The notes beneath the pieces were generated by a model that had not been told where the DNA came from, did not search any database, and saw nothing but the letters and a program-made list of their open reading frames with translations. Made by a program: the position numbers and the translations under genes. DNA of 59,336 bases, filler included, from Sluysia triapertura (lineage: Eukaryota), in assembly GCA_046118255.1 (NCBI GenBank). It is 4 parts of 4 records of this genome, joined end to end, with 100 filler letters (N's around TTAATTAATTAA, not from the genome) between each part and the next. Parts side by side here need not be neighbours in the genome. Positions count along the whole stretch, not along the records: positions 47,620 to 59,336 come from JBJNIA010177029.1; 3 more parts are not named here. The stretch is one strand, 5' to 3'. Shown here piece by piece: positions 53,901-59,336 of the stretch (position 1 is the first letter of the stretch; the number at the start of each line of letters is the position of its first letter).

Positions 53901-54779
53901 ATTATATGAATTATTCAATCTTCCTAGTTTAACTATTCTTATACATATATACGCAAAAAATTAATTCTGCTGTTCATATTTTAGACAAAATCCACGAAAA
54001 AAGTCATTTTTTTCCATAATAAGTTTCGTTTTAGTAATTTTTATTAACATTCACTAAAAAATCATTTATTATTTAAATACAAATACAATTGCGATGATAA
54101 ATATTTAATTTAAATTACTAAACCATGGAAAATATGCATTAGTTTCTTTTATTATTATTATTATCATTATTATTAATTACTATTATTATTATCATTAATT
54201 ATTATTATTATTATAATTATTATTATCATTAAAATTATTGTTATTTTTTATTATTACTATTACTATCATTAATTATTATTATTGTTGTCACTATTATTAT
54301 TATCATTATATTACCATTATTATTGTTAAGAAACTTCAGATATACTTAGAAACACCTTAACCAGAATAAAAATGAGAAATTAAAATCACTATTTCACTTA
54401 GAATTAACCTACATTAACAAACATTCGCATATGCTGAAATACGAATACTAATAAACAAGGCAAATATTAATAATTAAAGTACATATTGTCTCTACCCACT
54501 GAGTTATCAGCCCCCTCTAACAATTTTGTTTTATTATAGTCAATTACACTATCATTATTCTATGGAATTTTAGGCCTATATCCCAACACTAGTTTAAGCA
54601 AACTAAACCAATAAGATGCTAGAGAAAATAATCGAAATCTTACTGCTTCCCGCACATTATTGTAATACAAAGTACAATAACAGATATAATTGGCACTTAT
54701 AATTGAATACACACAAAACATATACTGTCATACCTTCTGAAAAAGCATGACTCATTATTATCGTTGCACAGACAAATGT

Positions 54780-56150
54780 AACATAAATTCACATCAAGAC
54801 GTTCAATAATGAGCCTCACATTAATGGCCTTTTCGGTAATTTGTAAAATAATCAATTATTAAGACGTATATTGATGACATTTTAAAATAATTGATATTTA
54901 TCTTTGTTTCAGTAAAACTAGATACTTTTGGTACTTCTTCTAGAAGAAAACTTAGCTTCAAATTGACTCTCATAAATAAATATGTAAACTGTTTCAGCTG
55001 ACACATTAACTAGTAATGCACATTGTGCTAAATATGAATTTTCTGATGAACACGTTCTATTATTGACTATAGAATGTAAGTAGTACTCAAATCATGAAGT
55101 GGTGGAAGAAGAAATTTTATGAGCAATTAAATGATACAATACAATAAAAATACATGCGGAGAAAATGAATAATGATCATGTGAATGAGGTACTTCTTTAT
55201 GAGTATAATACATAAATAACACATAGTAACAAGAATACCATTAGCGACGCCAAAATTTATACATATACATATTACATCAGTAATAAAATATTAGTAACGA
55301 TAATAAGAAAGATGCATAAGGAAGCGAAAAAATGATTAAAAACAATTGCAACGATAATATGAACAAAATTAGAGTAATAATATAACAGCGATAATAACAA
55401 ACAAAATTTGAATGAAATTTGTTTATAATTGTTAAGAGTTGATTGGGAGTTCACTACAACGATTCAGTATAATGAAGGTATTTATTTCGATCATCAATTA
55501 TCTGGAATAGTGTGCAAGTTCTCGGGTCACATCTCCACATAACATATTCTAACATATTCACAATACATCTCATTCAGGAGTAAGAGCAACATACAAAGTA
55601 TTACGTTCCAAAGTTGTACGGCTTTTATGAACAAGAATGTTCAACACCATGCGAAGCCTGTTTAACTTAAATAATAAAGATAAATTAAACAAGAAATCCA
55701 TCCATTTAAAATATCATTCGTCACAATACAATAATATTGTATCTTGTCAATTTGCTAATCGTTCTAAATCAAAACTCACAAATACGCAGAATTGATAAAG
55801 AACTAAAGAACATCTTTTTAATTTTGATAAAAATAATTATGAGATATCGGACAATACTGAATTAATTAGTAAAAATAAGGCATTGGTAGCTGTAGAAGTT
55901 GAAATAAATAATACGCTCCATTTATTCATAATTCTAATAAATTGCAAAGTACTAATACCAAATTAATGAAAACATCTATTTTATAAAGTACGATCCAAAT
56001 TATGTTCACAGTTTGACTCTAAGTTTTAATACCAAGATAAATAGTATTGAAAACAGACTACTAGAACCACATAAAATATAGTCAAAATTCTAATTTTTAC
56101 AACATAGCATATGTTATTATATATAAAGGTGATGAAACACTGATTCATGA
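54780..56150 (+). mobile_element. Highly degenerate Ty3/Gypsy pol remnant
   Basis: KTYIDDIL (RT YxDD, ~54862-54885) followed by HNTSHSGVRATYKVLRSKVV/FMNKNVQ (integrase HHCC region, ~55560-55645); RT precedes IN. Confidence 0.7.
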
Positions 56151-57053
56151 TCAAAATTCCACTGAAGTCATATTACATCTTCACCATATCTCAGCTTACA
56201 CCTGGAATTCATATAAATATCCATCTAGATACACAAGATATGAAATCTAGGTCCGATATTTTCTAAATCGGTCATTCGCATATATTATTCTTGGTCTATG
56301 GAACGTTTACTTGCAGATTTACCTATGCAATAATTTGTGCTATTGGTTGATTTATATTGTGAGTCCCTTACAATCTTAGTTTTACACACTTAGGCCTAAG
56401 TTCTAAGCAGCAAAGAATAAGAAGTGGAGGTTTCCTAAACAACGAAATGAGTGTATCTATAAGATTTCATTGACACATTGCATTTAATGATTTAGATGTT
56501 TCTAAACATTACTTTCTACGAACCTTTACACGATTTATTGGATCAAGGTCATCTTTCAATTAAGAATACTTCTAATTTAATATGATGAAACGGCTGCTTA
56601 TAATAAAATTTTAATAATATTTTAAAAGAATTTAAGAAAAGAGGACAAGAAAATGTTAAAATATGACCTTGAAATTCCAAACAGAAACAAAAGAAATAAT
56701 GATTTTTTATTTTATACCTTCAACGCCATCGTTTCATCATTCTTCTACTTCAAATATCATTCTGATTACGTTTATTGTTTCACAAATTTTTCAATCTTCA
56801 GTTTACTGGAATTTTCAAAAATCAAATAAATTAATATAGAACACCATCTTTACAATGACATATTATTTTCGATAATTTAAATGCACATACTTAATGACAA
56901 TTCAACAGATATCTGACAAATTCATGATGGGTTTTGTTTGACCCTTGAACTTCGATTATACATATTTAATAGGCAGGCCGCTCATGTGATGGGGTACAGG
57001 CCTAAAGTGCTATAGAACAATTGACTATAATAAAACAAAATTGTTAGACATAG

Positions 57054-57092
57054 TTGATAGCTCAGTGGTCAGAGCATCGAATTGCACAGCTG
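57054..57092 (+). other. tRNA-Cys-like 5' half (tRNA pseudogene or SINE head)
   Basis: ATAGCTCAGTGGTCAGAGCATCGAATTGCACA: A-box/D-arm and GCA at the anticodon position. No T-arm or B-box follows. Confidence 0.5.
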
Positions 57093-58115
57093 TGAAGCGA
57101 GAATGTCAGTCTATTTTATGAATAAAATAGAAATACAATAAAAAAGAAATACAATATCTTTCTGTAATTTAATTTGAAACTGTCTCTGTGTCTATTTTTG
57201 CTTTAAAATGAAAATTTCGCTTACCAAATTTAAAATTTCAATTGGAGTTGTGCACAAAATGTTTCATTTTAATTTCCTAATAGAAATTGTGCAGTAAAAC
57301 AACATCCATAAAACGAACTCCTAAAATGTAATATTTTCTCTAACTTGATTATTTTTGGTGCAGAATAGAAATTCGACTTATTTGTGTATATTTCTATAAC
57401 TCATATTTTAGCCTCTAAAATAAAATACAGTGTCTACCTTCTTCCATAAGTTGAACTTCTTCAAATTTGAAATTTTCTCATTACTTATTTTAGATATAAA
57501 ATGGAAATAATGCTTTATAATTAGACCAAATAGTAATATAAATTATGTGAGTTTCTGTGTCCGTGTCGTCTAAATGAAATAAGATATTCATAACATAGAT
57601 AAGCGACTATAGTTCCGGAGCAATTCATCAGATGGATTATTGACAACAGCCACAGTTAAAAGATAATTAGAAATATAGCTTATTTTCATAAGTACAAATT
57701 AATAATAATTTATAATAATAATGATAATAATAATAAATAAAACATTAAATATTTTAATAATGCATCCCCTATGTATGTAAAATGAAATCATGTTTAATCA
57801 TGTAAAATAGAAATTTGATATTGTTAACCAATAAATACATTGTCACTAACTAATGAATGTATAGAGTTAGATATTAAAAAACAGATTACGAAAGTTTTTA
57901 CAAAGTCTTTTGCTTATTCATAATTTTTGATTAGATGTTTATAAAATGGAAGTGATTTTTAATGGTTATTTCGTAGTTGTAAACTTCAATAAACGAAAAT
58001 ATTTATAATTCACAGGGTTTTTCATATAATTTAATTCTCTTGTCAAATAATTTAAGCATTTTTTCATTTACAACTTAATCTTTTTTAGAAATTAATTAGA
58101 ATATTGTAATTATAA

Positions 58116-58134
58116 TGTGTGTGTGTGTGTGTGT
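58116..58134. repeat. (GT)n microsatellite
   Basis: Direct reading. Confidence 0.9.
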
Positions 58135-59336
58135 TATTCAATAAAATAAAATAATTTTCAATACAAGGCATTTATTTTTTGATATAATGTATAAGTGTTT
58201 CATTAATAATTATTTGTTTAATTTGTCTTTTACTATTATGGGTTTTAATTTTTATCAAAATATTCCACTTAAGTTTGTAAGTAATTCATCAAAATTAAAT
58301 AATAACGTTTAGTCATCAAATTCTACAATAAAGTTTTGTAACCGATTAAATTAATGAGAAAATTGTATTATACATGGAGTAGGATAGATGTTTTGAAGTG
58401 TATTTTATATCTAAATTTCTTATTTAAAACACAAAGAGGTTGATTCATGTTCATAGTGTCATTTGTGATTTTGTTACTAATTATTGACTATTTTCGACCA
58501 AAAAATATAAAATTAATTTCACCTTCATTGATACAGAAAGATTTGTTAATAATGAAAACAAATTATTAATTAAAGAATTATGTATTATAAACATGGATAA
58601 TAATTTGATAATTGTCTACATCAGAGGTCCAAATGTTTTCGCAACCCTAATTTTTTAACACCAAAAAATTAAAATATATTTAATAATAACATATTAGACC
58701 AAACTCTTGTTGCGACTGTTATTTTCATTAAAAATAATTGTATTAAAAATTATTTAAAATTAGAATTATTGAAAAATATTTAAAGAAGATTTACATTATG
58801 AATACTTTACTATAACTTTGAAATAATTCCGAACCCACATATTGAAGAACACTGATCTCACCATCAAAAGAAGATAAAAGAAGATAAACAATTGAACAAA
58901 AGAAGATAAAACAAAAAAGCACTTAATGAAACATACCAAAGAAATAAACATTTTTGTAGAAATTACGATTGAATCATTTCCAATTTACTAACATCTAATG
59001 AAAAATTAAAAATCACTGGCCAAAATCATATGCGTACAAACAATATCTGGCAGTGGCCAATCGACTAACATTTTCAAGTATTAGATTCAATTTCGTGAAA
59101 CATTATTATATTAGCATATATTATTCGAAAAAAGGCTGACCTATAAAAAGATTTATATATCAATATAATATTTAAGTTTTTTAAAAAACACTGAAAAATG
59201 AAATTTATTTACTGCTAACAATTTATTTTAAAATATAAAATATAAAATGTAAAATGTAAAATTCTTTTATTAAATATTAAAAGAAAAACTACATCTGTTT
59301 GTTTGTTTTTGTTAATGCTTCTAATAATGACTAATT

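Noticed and set aside
57600-57640. Minus-strand CTGATGA...GGAACTATAGTC as a minimal hammerhead ribozyme
   Set aside because: GAAA core is broken and stems I and II do not pair.
1-59336. CRISPR arrays, operons or prokaryotic defence systems
   Set aside because: The sequence is eukaryotic (spliceosomal introns, metazoan genes) and no regularly spaced repeat-spacer array was seen.

Overview
Very AT-rich eukaryotic (metazoan, plausibly flatworm; inference only) genomic DNA assembled from four contigs joined by artificial 100-nt N-TTAATTAATTAA-N linkers (15324-15423, 35003-35102, 47520-47619). Two genes look intact: an intronless SLC9A-type Na+/H+ exchanger (2718-4832, minus) and four GT-AG exons from the middle of HID1 (24531-32139, minus), with a candidate novel terminal exon. 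The rest is decayed mobile DNA (Tc3-like, Tc1/IS630-like, mariner, Helitron RepHel, L2-like LINE, Ty3/Gypsy) and (AAT)n microsatellites. Most notable are two dense mosaics (~14.6-22.1 kb and ~39.4-42.9 kb) of short, partly intron-retaining fragments of unrelated host genes: CCCH finger, MON1, tropomyosin-like, NF-YC, TPR, prefoldin-3/VBP1, APC-like armadillo and PDE GAF. One is an in-frame tropomyosin::NF-YC chimeric ORF. A ~2.8-3 kb Misato-like module occurs twice in inverted orientation, each copy headed by two palindromes; the CCAAT palindrome is perfect in both copies despite divergent sequence. Head-to-head Helitron-linked 5' regions at 44-46 kb make Helitron-type gene-fragment capture a testable hypothesis. 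All protein assignments are by-eye motif recognition, not database searches.
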